From: Chthoniobacteraceae bacterium
Lineage (GTDB): Bacteria > Verrucomicrobiota > Verrucomicrobiia > Chthoniobacterales > Chthoniobacteraceae
NCBI GenBank assembly: GCA_031409655.1
Contig: JANNXQ010000235.1
Span: 1 to 64,000, forward strand
Direction of reading: 5' to 3'
DNA: 64,000 nt
Each line of letters starts with the position of its first letter. Within the stretch, counting starts at the first letter, position 1. This document shows positions 28,494 through 40,784 of the stretch, in pieces. A program made the position numbers and the translations under genes. The notes beneath the pieces were generated by a model. That model made no database searches and had not been told where the DNA came from. It was given only the letters and a program-made list of their open reading frames with translations.

Positions 28494-30107
28494 ATGAAAC
28501 ACGAAAAATTCTTTACCTCCGCGACGCGTCGCGACTTTGTCCGGCAATCCGCATGTGCCGCACTCGGCACGGCAGCGTTGAGAAACTGCCTCCGGGATAT
28601 GCACTTCATCACTTCTGCGGTCGCCCAAGGGCCGTTCAGTGATTACAAGGCGCTGATCTGTCTTTTCATGGCGGGAGGCAACGATGCGAATAACATGATC
28701 ATTCCGACCATCCCGTCGGAATACACGAACTACGCCAACTACCGGACGCCGGTGCTTGCGATTCCGAACGCGAACGGTAGTGATCCAGCGCGAGCCTTGG
28801 CGCTCAGCTCACTCAATAGTGACGGGCATACCTATGGCCTCAATCCGGCAATGTTTGAACTGGCGAACATGTTTAACCAGACGGCGGGCTACACGGGTCT
28901 CGGAAAGGTGGCGCTCCAGTTGAACATGGGGAGCTTGGTCTTCCCTATAACCAAAGCCCAATACACCTCCAACACCGTGAAGAAGCCGCCGCAGCTCTTC
29001 TCGCATAGCGATCAGGTGACGCAGTGGCAGACCTCGATCCCCGATCTCCCGCCATCGACAGGCTGGGGTGGGCGGATGGCGGATTTCCTGCACAGCTACA
29101 ATCCGCAGACCGTCGCGCCGGCGGTTGATAAGCTCGCGACCTGTATCACTATTGCTGGGGCCAATACTTTCGAGATTGGCGCTAGCGTGCAGCAGTATTC
29201 GGTCGGGACGGGCGGTATCATTGCGCTCACAAATCCGAGCAACCCATCCACGGCGGTCACTGCTCGCCAGAACACGCTCAATTCGATTCTCGGTATCCAG
29301 AAGAATCAGGCGAACTTGTTCACCCAAAATTATGCGGGAGCTTTGGACCACTCTGTGGCTACGGGGGGAGCTTTGAGTGCCGCGATCACCGGAACGCAGA
29401 TGCCGACCTATTGGACGACCGCGTCAAACTGGAGCAAGACGGCCACCATCGACCAAGTGGTGACGCCGAACGCCGGATCGACCTTTGGCTCGGGCCTCAT
29501 GGCGCAATTGCGCATGGTCGCCAAAATCATCGAGGCTGGATACCGGAGCAATGGGACTGGCTTGGGAATGAAGAGGCAGGTCTTTTTCGTCCAAGTGGGC
29601 GGTTACGACACCCACACCAATCAGACCAATGCCGCTGGCACGAATGTCACTCCGACCCCGGCCAACGTCATCCTCGGCTCCCAAGCGAACCTTCTCGCCG
29701 AGATCAGCCAGTGTCTCCACTCGTTCCAGAAGGCGATGGCCGCCATCGGCACGCAATACGCAGACCCGAATTTCATCAATCGCGTCACGACCTTCACGGC
29801 CAGTGACTTTGGTCGCACTTTCCCCTGCAATGGCCTGGGTAGCGATCACGGTTGGGGCACGCATACGATCGTCGTCGGGGGGGCCGTGAATGGTCAGAGG
29901 ACCTATGGGAAGTTCCCCACTTTGACCGTTGGCGGTCCGGACGATACGAGCACTGGCCGCTGGATTCCGACGACCGCCGTGGATCAATACGCTGCAACCT
30001 TGGCGAAATGGTTTGGCGTCAGTAGCACGAACATCACCACCGTTTTCCCGAATCTGACGCGGTTTTCCGGGAACTATGCTGGCGGGTATCAGGGTTTCAT
30101 GACTTGA
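28494..30107 (+). CDS. DUF1501-family Tat-exported protein
   Basis: TRRDFV twin-Arg signal; [41 protein letters not shown]. Confidence 0.92.
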   Translation: MKHEKFFTSATRRDFVRQSACAALGTAALRNCLRDMHFITSAVAQGPFSDYKALICLFMAGGNDANNMIIPTIPSEYTNYANYRTPVLAIPNANGSDPARALALSSLNSDGHTYGLNPAMFELANMFNQTAGYTGLGKVALQLNMGSLVFPITKAQYTSNTVKKPPQLFSHSDQVTQWQTSIPDLPPSTGWGGRMADFLHSYNPQTVAPAVDKLATCITIAGANTFEIGASVQQYSVGTGGIIALTNPSNPSTAVTARQNTLNSILGIQKNQANLFTQNYAGALDHSVATGGALSAAITGTQMPTYWTTASNWSKTATIDQVVTPNAGSTFGSGLMAQLRMVAKIIEAGYRSNGTGLGMKRQVFFVQVGGYDTHTNQTNAAGTNVTPTPANVILGSQANLLAEISQCLHSFQKAMAAIGTQYADPNFINRVTTFTASDFGRTFPCNGLGSDHGWGTHTIVVGGAVNGQRTYGKFPTLTVGGPDDTSTGRWIPTTAVDQYAATLAKWFGVSSTNITTVFPNLTRFSGNYAGGYQGFMT

Positions 30108-30140
30108 CGCGAGGTCTGCCTAGCAGAGCGTAGGCACCCC

Positions 30141-30806
30141 ATGAAAATGCGTGTTCTCGGAGGTGCCAGCGTGATCGTCATCCTGGCGGTGCTTGGGTGG
30201 GTGGTCCTCCGTTCCGACAGGCAGCCTCTCGGTGATGGTGCGTCCTCTCCACCGGAGCGCCCTATCTCTGGAGCGATCCTGGATGAACCAGCGCCCACGG
30301 TGCCCGCTTCTGCGCAACCACCGATTTCTCAGCCGCCGGAAAACCCGGTGAATTCGCCGCGAGCGCTGGCAGTCGTCCCTGCAACGTCCTCGGGGTCGCC
30401 CCTTCCTGGCGCGCAAGCACCCGGTGCCCTCGCTTCTCCTCCGCTGGCCGCCCCCCCCGCGATGACCGCGAGGCCCTCTCCGGCAGCTCCCGCCGCGGGC
30501 GAGGTCAATGTGGAACTGATCGCCGCGGACCTCGACAAACTTTCATTGAGTATGCGCGACTATCGAACGTTGATGGCGCAGAATCCGGTCGGGACGAATG
30601 AGGAAATCACGGCTGCATTGACTGGGGGCAATCCGAAAGGCGCTCGTCTTGCGCCGGACGACAGCACCGTGAACGGCGAGGGCAAGTTGGTGGATCGTTG
30701 GGGAACACCGTATTTTTTCCACCAGATGTCGGCTACGTCCATGGAGATCCATTCCGCTGGTCCGGATAAGGCAATGGGCACCGAGGACGATATCATCCAA
30801 CGCTAA
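30141..30806 (+). CDS. Membrane-anchored protein with a GspG-pseudopilin-like C-terminus
   Basis: N-terminal TM, Pro/Ala linker, DRWGTPY...EIHSAGPD..MGTEDDI resembling the GspG C-terminal motif; no prepilin GFTLIE site. Confidence 0.65.
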   Translation: MKMRVLGGASVIVILAVLGWVVLRSDRQPLGDGASSPPERPISGAILDEPAPTVPASAQPPISQPPENPVNSPRALAVVPATSSGSPLPGAQAPGALASPPLAAPPAMTARPSPAAPAAGEVNVELIAADLDKLSLSMRDYRTLMAQNPVGTNEEITAALTGGNPKGARLAPDDSTVNGEGKLVDRWGTPYFFHQMSATSMEIHSAGPDKAMGTEDDIIQR

Positions 30807-30948
30807 CGAGCAACCCCAAGCGGTTCGCTGCGCGAAAGGGTAAGGTTCCTGTCGGCGGATGTTGTTTGGGTAAGCGATCTAGGGCGAGTTGGAGCCGAAT
30901 CCAAGGGCGGAGTTGCCACCAAGCACCTGCTTTCTCAATAGTGTGCCA

Positions 30949-32091
30949 ATGAGTCCGTCATCTGATCCCTTCCGCGAAGCGCGTCAAAAAGACGGCGTTT
31001 TAAAGTGCGAGTTCCAGGGTGAGAACTTGCCGATGATTTTGCGACATGAGGAGGTGCGGCGGGCGGCGAAAGATTGGAAGACTTTCAGTTCGGATGCGCC
31101 GTTCCGGGTGCCGATTCCTTCGGAGGAGGATGTGCGGTCTATGCGGCAGCTCCCGATCGAGACGGATCCGCCGGACCACTCCGACTACCGAGCGATTGTG
31201 GAACCTTTCTTCCAGCGGGCGAAAGATCCTGCGGTGGTCGCGCAAGTCGAGGCGCTCATTGATGCGCTGCTCGACGATGCGCTGGGTCGCGATTCGATCG
31301 AGGTGGTCCAAGGATTTGCGCTCCCCCTGCAGTCCCGCGCGCTCACGCTGCTCCTGAATGTGCCGGCTTCTGAGGCCGAGATGTGGATCGGCTGGGGAAT
31401 TCACGTTTTCAAAGTGACCGGCGGGGCATTTAAGAAGGGCACGGTGCTCGAGGATTATTTGCACGCGCAGTTCGACCGGGCGGAGGCTCAGCTCGGCCCG
31501 GATTTTTTCAGCGCGCTCGTTCATGCTGAGTTCCGAGGGCGGCGGTTGACGCGGAACGAGATGATGGGGTTTGCGAACCTCGCCTTCGCGGGCGGGCGCG
31601 ACACCATCATCCACTCCGTGTCTTGCGTGCTCGCGCATCTCGGTGCGCATCCTGAGGCGCTGGAGTTTCTCCGCGCGGACCCGAAACGCATCACGCTCGC
31701 GAGCGAAGAGCTTTTCCGCGTCTTCATGCCGCTCACGCACATCGGCCGAGTCTGCCCCGTCGAGACGGAAGTACAGGGCGTGACGGTGCCGCCGAAAGGC
31801 CGCGTGTCACTCTGCTGGGCATCCGCCAATCGGGATGAGGCGGCCTTTGAGTCGCCCGATGAGGTGCGCCTCGATCGCAAACCGAATCCGCACCTCTCCT
31901 TCGGCTTCGGCACGCACCTCTGTCTTGGTGCTCCTCATGCGCGGTTATTGATCCGCACTTTGCTCCAGAAATGTTGTGCGCGAGTCGGCCGGATCACGGT
32001 GCTCGAAGCGGAGGAGCGCGTGGAAAAGGAAGCCGCTTTCGAGCGGGCGCTCGGTTACGAGTCCCTGACGGTGAAGCTGACGGCGATCTAG
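30949..32091 (+). CDS. Cytochrome P450
   Basis: DPPDH..YR, AGGRDT I-helix, EELFR (ExxR), haem motif FGFGTHLCLG. Confidence 0.93.
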   Translation: MSPSSDPFREARQKDGVLKCEFQGENLPMILRHEEVRRAAKDWKTFSSDAPFRVPIPSEEDVRSMRQLPIETDPPDHSDYRAIVEPFFQRAKDPAVVAQVEALIDALLDDALGRDSIEVVQGFALPLQSRALTLLLNVPASEAEMWIGWGIHVFKVTGGAFKKGTVLEDYLHAQFDRAEAQLGPDFFSALVHAEFRGRRLTRNEMMGFANLAFAGGRDTIIHSVSCVLAHLGAHPEALEFLRADPKRITLASEELFRVFMPLTHIGRVCPVETEVQGVTVPPKGRVSLCWASANRDEAAFESPDEVRLDRKPNPHLSFGFGTHLCLGAPHARLLIRTLLQKCCARVGRITVLEAEERVEKEAAFERALGYESLTVKLTAI

Positions 32092-32155
32092 CTGCGAAGC
32101 CGGGCTTCGTCAAAAACGCGGCTTCTTCGCACTACGAATTTCTTCAACCCTGTGG

Positions 32156-33499
32156 TCAGTGGTTGTAGGCGCTTTCGCCGTGTTCGCTGACGTCGAGGCC
32201 GGCGTGTTCGGCTTCGGGTTCGACGCGGAGGCCGATGGTGGCGCTGATGATTTTCAGCAGGAGGTAAGTGACGATTGCGGCGAGGGCGGCGGTGAAGAGT
32301 ACGGCGAGGAGCTGGTTCTTGAATTGCCCGAAGCTGCCGGCGAGCGAGACGGTTTGCTCGCCGACTTTGAAGGTCGTGGCGATGGCGGGATTCACCTCGG
32401 CACTCGCGAGGAAGCCGACCATGAGCATGCCGACGACGCTGCCGACGCAGTGGATGCCGAAGACATCGAGCGAGTCGTCGTAGCGGAAGCGCGCCTTGAG
32501 TTTCGTGACGGCAAGGTAACAGGCCACGCCAGCGGCGAGGCCGATGCAGACGGCGCTGCCGACGGAGACGAAGCCGGAAGCGGGGGTGATGGTGGCGAGA
32601 CCAGCGACCATGCCGGAGGCCGTGCCGAGCACGCTGGCTTTCCCTTTTCCCAGCCACTCCACGAGGGTCCAACTCAGCCCGCCCGCGGCGCCCGCAAAGT
32701 GGGTGGCGGCAAAGGCGCTGGTGGCCAGGGCCCCGCCATTGAGCGCGCTGCCGGCATTGAAGCCGAACCAGCCGACCCAGAGCAGCCCGGCACCGATGAG
32801 GGTCAGCACGACATTGTGCGGAGGCATGGGTTCGTGGGGAAAGCCGCGGCGCTTGCCGAGGACGAGCGCACAGACGAGCGCGGAGGCGCCGGAGCTGATG
32901 TGGACCACGGTGCCGCCGGCAAAATCGAGCACGGGCAAATGACCGCCGAGCGCCCAATTGAAGTATCCACCTTTGCCCCAGACCATGTGCGCGAGCGGGC
33001 AGTAAACGAGCGGCAGCCAGAGCACCATGAGCAGCACGAAGGCGCTGAATTTCATTCGCTCCGCAAAGGCGCCGGTGATGAGCGCGGGGGTGATGATGGC
33101 AAACATCATCTGGAAAAGCATGAAGGTCTGCGCGGGCACGGTGGCCGCGTAGTCGGGATTCGGCGCGGCGCCGACGCCTTTTAGAAAGAGGTGCTGGGTG
33201 AAGCTGCCGATGAAGGCATTCCCATCGCCGAAGGCCAGGCTGTAGCCGACCACGAACCAGAGCACCGACATGAGCGACATGAGAAACATGCTCTGCATCA
33301 TGGTCGCGAGGACGTTCTTTGAGCGCACGAGGCCACCGTAAAAGAGCGCGAGGCCGGGGCCGGTCATCATGAGCACGAGGGCGGAGCTCACGAGCAGCCA
33401 GGCATTGTCGCCGGTGTCGATCGCGGGAAGGGGAAGGTCACTGGCGGCACGGGCGATCGTGGCGGAAAAGAGGAAGAAGATTGCTGGGAGGAATTTCAT
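32156..33499 (-). CDS. amtB: Ammonium transporter (Amt), second copy
   Basis: PGLALFYGG, FQMMFA, DFAGGTVVH, GWFGFNAGS, DDSLDVFGIH; probable ATG at 33499. Confidence 0.93.
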   Translation of the reverse strand: MKFLPAIFFLFSATIARAASDLPLPAIDTGDNAWLLVSSALVLMMTGPGLALFYGGLVRSKNVLATMMQSMFLMSLMSVLWFVVGYSLAFGDGNAFIGSFTQHLFLKGVGAAPNPDYAATVPAQTFMLFQMMFAIITPALITGAFAERMKFSAFVLLMVLWLPLVYCPLAHMVWGKGGYFNWALGGHLPVLDFAGGTVVHISSGASALVCALVLGKRRGFPHEPMPPHNVVLTLIGAGLLWVGWFGFNAGSALNGGALATSAFAATHFAGAAGGLSWTLVEWLGKGKASVLGTASGMVAGLATITPASGFVSVGSAVCIGLAAGVACYLAVTKLKARFRYDDSLDVFGIHCVGSVVGMLMVGFLASAEVNPAIATTFKVGEQTVSLAGSFGQFKNQLLAVLFTAALAAIVTYLLLKIISATIGLRVEPEAEHAGLDVSEHGESAYNH

Positions 33500-33600
33500 G
33501 AGGTGGGGGTAGTGAGAGTGAGCAGACACCAGATGCGTCGGCGCGAGTAAAGCGCTTGTTTCCAGAGGCTCCCACGGTCCGCTGGTGGCAGAAGGTCGTT

Positions 33601-33670
33601 CTCGCTCTCGTCCTCGTCCTCGTCCTCGAACGACAGTCTTTCGAGGACGAGGACGATTACGAAGGACGAA
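33601..33670. repeat. Hairpin built from CTCGTC/GACGAG hexamers between glnK and the second amt
   Basis: 17-bp perfect stem 33614-33630 / 33640-33656 with a 9-nt loop. Confidence 0.85.
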
Positions 33671-33765
33671 ATCGCCGCCGCGCACGAGCGCGCAAATTGC
33701 AAAGCCGGTGACCCCTTGCGGAGTCACCGGCTTGCGTTCCCTGTTTTAACCCTAAGCTGGTGCGG

Positions 33766-35681
<1,916 letters not shown>

Positions 35682-35816
35682 GGAATCGAGGATGATTTGG
35701 GTTTGATGGTGGTCTGACACTTGCACTCCAGGCCGATGCGAAGGGCTCGATCACCGCGTTTGGCGATCGAATCCACCGCGCCGGAAGAAGCGCGCCTTGA
35801 TGTCGGTCGCGCATTT

Positions 35817-35832
35817 AGCAACGGCTGTGCCA
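35817..35832 (-). promoter_or_regulatory. Sigma54 (-24/-12) promoter of the amt-glnK-amt operon
   Basis: Minus strand TGGCAC-AGCCG-TTGCT, an exact fit to TGGCAC-N5-TTGCW, about 135 nt upstream of amt. Confidence 0.85.
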
Positions 35833-36032
35833 GCCCGCTGCTTTCGCTGCTTTTACAGAGGAAAATAGCTGAAACCCGCTCGCCCAGAGGAGGCTCTGAT
35901 GGGGCGCGAAGTGCAGACGAATGGGCAGGCTGGGCAAATCCAGCCACGGCCGCGATTGGGGGAAATCCAAACTCGAAGCCCCGAATTCCGCAGCGCCTCA
36001 GTTCCTTCGGAGATCGGAGCTTGGAACTTCCC

Positions 36033-36929
36033 TCAAGCCCGCGGATGCGCGTCGTTGTAAGCCCGTTTCAGCCGCTCCACCGTCACATGCGTGTAGATCT
36101 GCGTCGTCGAGAGGCTGGCGTGGCCGAGGAGAGATTGCACGCTGCGCAGGTCCGCGCCGGCGTCGAGTAAGTGGGTGGCAAAGCTGTGCCGGAGTTTGTG
36201 CGGACTGACCGAGATCGGGATGCTCGTCTCGCAGATGTAACGCTTGATCGTGAGCCAGACATTGGTCGCCGCCATGCGCTTGCGCACTTTGCTGAGAAAA
36301 AGCGGCCCCGCTTCCACGCGCGCCTGCTGGCGGTAATTCTGGATCGCCACGAGCGCCGGCGCACCCACCGGGACCACGCGCTCCTTCCGCCCTTTGCCGA
36401 GCACGCGCACGCTCTCGGTGAAGACGTCGATGTCCTTCACATCCAGCGAGACGAGTTCCGCGAGGCGCAGTCCGCTGGAGTAGAAAAGTTCGAGGATCGC
36501 GGCGTCGCGCGCCGGCATCCACGTCGGAGCCTGGGCCTGCTTTTCCACGCGGAGGGGCGCGGTCAGCAGTTCATCGATCTGCTTCATGGTCAGGACCACG
36601 GGCAGCTTCTTATCGAGCTTTGGCAGGAGCACTTCCTTGAGCGGATTCACCAGCAAGCCGTGGCGCTCGGTGAGGAATTTGAAGAAGGTGCGGAACGCCG
36701 CGAAATGTAGCCGCTGCGTGGGTTTGGCCATCTTCGCCTTAGCGCATTCGAAGAGATAACGCCGGAAATGATCCGCCGTGAGATCGTGCCAGCCGGGCGT
36801 CGGCACCGCCGCGCGGAAGCGGGTCAAGGCGTGGCGGTAATTTACGATCGTGCGCGGCGAGGCATTGCGCTCGACCTCGAGCGCGCGGAAAAATTCCGCG
36901 GCGTAGCGATCACGAGTGGGCGTTTTCAA
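36033..36929 (-). CDS. xerC: XerC/XerD-type tyrosine recombinase
   Basis: RNASPRTIVNY SAM-like N-terminus; GLRLAEL, GKGRKER, HKLRHSFATHLL, LLGH, TTQIYTH. Confidence 0.85.
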   Translation of the reverse strand: MKTPTRDRYAAEFFRALEVERNASPRTIVNYRHALTRFRAAVPTPGWHDLTADHFRRYLFECAKAKMAKPTQRLHFAAFRTFFKFLTERHGLLVNPLKEVLLPKLDKKLPVVLTMKQIDELLTAPLRVEKQAQAPTWMPARDAAILELFYSSGLRLAELVSLDVKDIDVFTESVRVLGKGRKERVVPVGAPALVAIQNYRQQARVEAGPLFLSKVRKRMAATNVWLTIKRYICETSIPISVSPHKLRHSFATHLLDAGADLRSVQSLLGHASLSTTQIYTHVTVERLKRAYNDAHPRA

Positions 36930-37027
36930 ATCCGCGCGAAGTTACTGGAGGCTCGGAGGCGGCACAACGCTGGGCGCTCCCAGCGGCGCTCTTTCAATTT
37001 TCGCCGCCGCTCCTAGATTGCGCCGCT

Positions 37028-38368
37028 GTGAACGACACCATCGCCGCCATCTCCACGCCTTTCGGCGAAGGCGCCATCGCCGTGCTGCGCCTCAGCGGCC
37101 CGCGCGCAGTGGAGATCGCGGACACGGTGTTCCGTGCCAAAGTGCGCGCCGGCGATCTCCCCGCGCGCCGCCAGCAGTTCGGGGCGATCTTCGACGGCGA
37201 CCAGAAGATCGACGACGTGCTGCTCACCGTCTTCCGCGCCCCGCATAGCTACACGGGCGAAGATGTCGTGGAGATCGGCGGCCACGGCGGCGTGCTTATC
37301 ACGCGGCGAGTTCTCGAACTCCTCCTGCGCCACGAGGCGCGCGCGGCGAATCCGGGCGAATTCACCCAGCGCGCCTACTTGCACGGCAAGATGGACCTCA
37401 CGCAGGCCGAAGCCGTCATGGACCTGATCAGCGCGCAGACGGATCTCGCCTTGCGCTCCGCCAGCGAGCAACTCGAAGGCCGCCTCGGCGAACGCATCCG
37501 CGCGCTCCGCGAGGCGATCCTCGAACTCCTCGCCCACATCGAGGCCTACATCGATTTCCCCGACGAAGACATCGACCCCGACACCGGCGAAGCGCTGCGC
37601 CAGCGCCTGGACGCCGTGGGTGCCGACATCGCCGCGCTCCTCGCCACCGCGGGGCGGGGGAGAATCCTCCGCGAAGGCGTGCGCACCGTGATCTACGGCG
37701 CGCCGAACGTCGGCAAATCTTCGCTCCTCAATCTGCTGCTCGGCTACGAGCGCGCCATCGTGAGTGCGCGCCCTGGCACCACCCGCGACGTGATCGAGGA
37801 AGCGATCAACCTCCGCGGACTGCCCATCCGCCTCATTGACACCGCCGGCATCCGCGAGAGTGCGGACGAACTCGAACAAGCCGGCATCGAACGAACGCGC
37901 CGCCAGCTCGAGCGTGCTGACCTCGTGCTGCACGTCGTCGATGCCAGCACCGCGGCCTTGGAGTTTCCGTCGCCCATCGCGTCCGGCACCGCGAAGGTGT
38001 TGCTCATCCTAAACAAGACCGACCTCGGCGAACACCCCTCGTGGGCAAGCGCGGAAGGCGTCCGCATTTCCTGCCAGACGAATGCGGGCATCCCGGACTT
38101 GGAGGAAGCGATCGTCGAGTCCGTCGTGGGAGGACAGGCTGCGCACCGCGAGTGGGCTGTCGCGATCAATACCCGCCACCAAGCCTGCCTCGAAGCGGCG
38201 AAGAAATTCACCGAAGCCGCCCGCACTGCGCTGGCCGACGGCCTCTCGCCGGAGTTCGTCGCCGAGGAATTGCGCGACGCGCTCGATGCCGTCGGCGACG
38301 TGGTCGGCCGCGTCGATTCCGAGGATTTGCTGGGGAAAATCTTCAGCACCTTCTGCATCGGAAAATAG
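37028..38368 (+). CDS. mnmE: tRNA modification GTPase MnmE
   Basis: DTIAAISTP, GAPNVGKSSLLN, GTTRD, DTAG, NKTD, C-terminal FCIGK. Confidence 0.97.
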   Translation: MNDTIAAISTPFGEGAIAVLRLSGPRAVEIADTVFRAKVRAGDLPARRQQFGAIFDGDQKIDDVLLTVFRAPHSYTGEDVVEIGGHGGVLITRRVLELLLRHEARAANPGEFTQRAYLHGKMDLTQAEAVMDLISAQTDLALRSASEQLEGRLGERIRALREAILELLAHIEAYIDFPDEDIDPDTGEALRQRLDAVGADIAALLATAGRGRILREGVRTVIYGAPNVGKSSLLNLLLGYERAIVSARPGTTRDVIEEAINLRGLPIRLIDTAGIRESADELEQAGIERTRRQLERADLVLHVVDASTAALEFPSPIASGTAKVLLILNKTDLGEHPSWASAEGVRISCQTNAGIPDLEEAIVESVVGGQAAHREWAVAINTRHQACLEAAKKFTEAARTALADGLSPEFVAEELRDALDAVGDVVGRVDSEDLLGKIFSTFCIGK

Positions 38369-38492
38369 GAACGACGACCGCGCCCCGGGAGCGCCGCCGT
38401 CCGGTGCGGCATCGTAAAACTGCCGCGCGCGGCGCCCAATTTTACTCCGATGATTGCCGCTCAGCCCCGCGCGCGCGTAGGTTGCCCTGCAC

Positions 38493-39515
38493 ATGCCTTC
38501 TCCGGTCTATCGCCGATTCGTCCGTCCACTGTTCTTCCAGTTCGACGCGGAGACGATCCATCACCTCGCGATGGGCGCGCTGGAGCGATTCGGTCCCGCC
38601 ATGGCCTGGTTTGCGCGCGCGCGCGATCCGCGACTCGAGCGCAAAGTCTTTGGCCTGCGTTTCCCCAATCCCGTCGGCCTCGCCGCCGGCTTCGATAAAA
38701 ACGCCGTCGCCCTGCCGGCGTGGGAGGCCCTCGGCTTTGGCTTTGCGGAAGTGGGCACGATCACCGCGCGCCAGCAGCCCGGAAATCCGCAGCCGCGCAT
38801 CTTCCGCGTCCCGGAATGCCAAGCGCTCGTAAACCGCCTCGGGTTCAACAATGACGGCTGTGATCGCGTCGCCGATCGCCTTCGCCGCCTGCGGATGAAA
38901 GGCCTGTGGCCAGCGATGCCGGTGGGCATCAATCTCGGAAAGTCAAAAGTCACCCCGCTCGACGAAGCCGCCAATGATTACCTGCTTTCCTTCGAGCGCC
39001 TCGAGCACTTCGGAGATTACTTCGTCCTCAATGTCAGTTCCCCGAATACGCCCGGCCTGCGCGCGTTGCAGGATCGCACGCAACTCGAGGTCATCTTCCG
39101 CGCGATCCAAAGTCGCAATGGGGACAAGAAACCCGTGCTCGTGAAAATCGCGCCGGATCTGGAGTGGGGGCCGATCGAGGAAATCCTGAGCCTCGCCGAG
39201 GAGCAGGGCCTCGCCGGCATCGTCGCCACGAATACGACCATCGATCACTCCTCGATCCCTGAGCATCGCCGGACGCAAGGCGGCCTCAGCGGCACCCCGC
39301 TGCGCGCGCGTTCCACCGAAGTCGTGCGCTTCATCACCAGCCGCAGCAAACTCCCCGTGATCGCCGTCGGCGGCATCCTGAGCGCGGACGATGCGCTGGA
39401 GAAATTTGATGCCGGCGCCGCCCTCATTCAACTCTACACTGGCTTCATCTACGAAGGGCCCGCTCTGGTCCGAAGCATCTGCGAAGCGCTAACGAACGTT
39501 GCCTCTGGTGGGTAG
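38493..39515 (+). CDS. pyrD: Quinone-dependent dihydroorotate dehydrogenase
   Basis: NPVGLAAGFDKN, NRLGFNN, NVSSPNTPGLR, KIAPDL, GGLSG. Confidence 0.96.
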   Translation: MPSPVYRRFVRPLFFQFDAETIHHLAMGALERFGPAMAWFARARDPRLERKVFGLRFPNPVGLAAGFDKNAVALPAWEALGFGFAEVGTITARQQPGNPQPRIFRVPECQALVNRLGFNNDGCDRVADRLRRLRMKGLWPAMPVGINLGKSKVTPLDEAANDYLLSFERLEHFGDYFVLNVSSPNTPGLRALQDRTQLEVIFRAIQSRNGDKKPVLVKIAPDLEWGPIEEILSLAEEQGLAGIVATNTTIDHSSIPEHRRTQGGLSGTPLRARSTEVVRFITSRSKLPVIAVGGILSADDALEKFDAGAALIQLYTGFIYEGPALVRSICEALTNVASGG

Positions 39516-39543
39516 ATCGCTAAAAGCCACGCCTAATTTTTCC

Positions 39544-40665
39544 ATGCAAGCCACTGCCACGATTTCCGATGAATCTCTGACAAACCGCGTCCTCGCGGGC
39601 GAACGCGTGACCGCGGACGAAGCGCTCACGCTTTACCACCTGCCGCTGCTGGAACTCGGCATCCTCGCCGATCGCCGCCGCCAACTCGCCAAGGCTCGCG
39701 CTTACGAGGGCCGCGGCAATGACATCGTCACTTACATCATCGACCGGAACATCAACTACACGAACGTCTGCAATGTGTACTGCAAGTTCTGCGCATTTTA
39801 TCGCACCGAGAAGGACGACGATCATTACGTGCTCACGCTCGAGCAAATCGATGAAAAGCTCGACGAACTCTCCGCCAATGAAGGCATCCAGATCCTGATG
39901 CAAGGCGGGCATCACCCGAGGCTCGACCTCGATTGGTACCTCACCCTTCTCCAGCACATCCGCGAAAAATATCCGCACATCAATATCCATGGCTTCTCGC
40001 CGCCGGAGTTCAATCATTTCGCCGCAGTCTTCAAAATGCCGGTGCGCGAAGTGCTCACGCGCTTCGTCGAAGCCGGCCTCGGCTCCATCCCCGGCGGCGG
40101 TGGCGAGATCCTCGTCGATCGCGTGCGGGATCGCATCGCCCCGCTCAAGTGTAACTCCGACGACTGGCTGAACGTCATGCGCATCGCCCACGAACTTGGT
40201 TTGCGCTCCAGCGCCACGATGATGTTCGGCCACGTCGAGACCGTGGAAGAGCGCATCGAACATCTCGGCCGTCTGCGTGAGGTGCAGGATGACACCGGCG
40301 GTTTCTCCGCCTTCATCTGCTGGACCTTCCAAGACCTCAAGGATCAGCACACCAGCACCGGACACACCAAGCTCCGCGCCGAGCCCGTGGGCAGCAGCGA
40401 GTATCTCCGCACCCAAGCCCTCAGCCGCATCTTCCTCGATAACTTCGATAACGTGCAAAGCTCCTGGGTTACTCAAGGCCCAAAGATCGGCCAGCTCGCG
40501 CTCAAGTATGGAGCGAATGATTTCGGCTCCGTGATGATGGAGGAAAACGTCGTCTCCAGCGCCGGCACCACCTTCCGTCTGCAGAAAGAGGAGATCGAGC
40601 GCCTGATCAATGACGCCGGCTACGAACCCCGCCGCCGGAATAACTGGTACCAGCTACTCGACTAG
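39544..40665 (+). CDS. mqnC: Cyclic dehypoxanthine futalosine synthase (radical SAM)
   Basis: DRNINYTNVCNVYCKFCAF, SIPGGGGEIL, GANDFGSVMMEENVVS. Confidence 0.9.
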   Translation: MQATATISDESLTNRVLAGERVTADEALTLYHLPLLELGILADRRRQLAKARAYEGRGNDIVTYIIDRNINYTNVCNVYCKFCAFYRTEKDDDHYVLTLEQIDEKLDELSANEGIQILMQGGHHPRLDLDWYLTLLQHIREKYPHINIHGFSPPEFNHFAAVFKMPVREVLTRFVEAGLGSIPGGGGEILVDRVRDRIAPLKCNSDDWLNVMRIAHELGLRSSATMMFGHVETVEERIEHLGRLREVQDDTGGFSAFICWTFQDLKDQHTSTGHTKLRAEPVGSSEYLRTQALSRIFLDNFDNVQSSWVTQGPKIGQLALKYGANDFGSVMMEENVVSSAGTTFRLQKEEIERLINDAGYEPRRRNNWYQLLD

Positions 40666-40784
40666 AGGTGGATGGCGCGCTCCGCCGCGCCATGGGTAAA
40701 GCGCGCGTGCAGCGCCCAGCATCATCCAGTGGCCTCCGGCCAGAACGTCAATCATGGCGCGGTGGAGCGCGAAATCCACCGCCG

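Noticed and set aside
36033..36929. Tyrosine recombinase as the integrase of a mobile island
   Set aside because: Size and motifs fit chromosomal XerC/D, it sits next to mnmE and pyrD, and I saw no att repeats or cargo genes.
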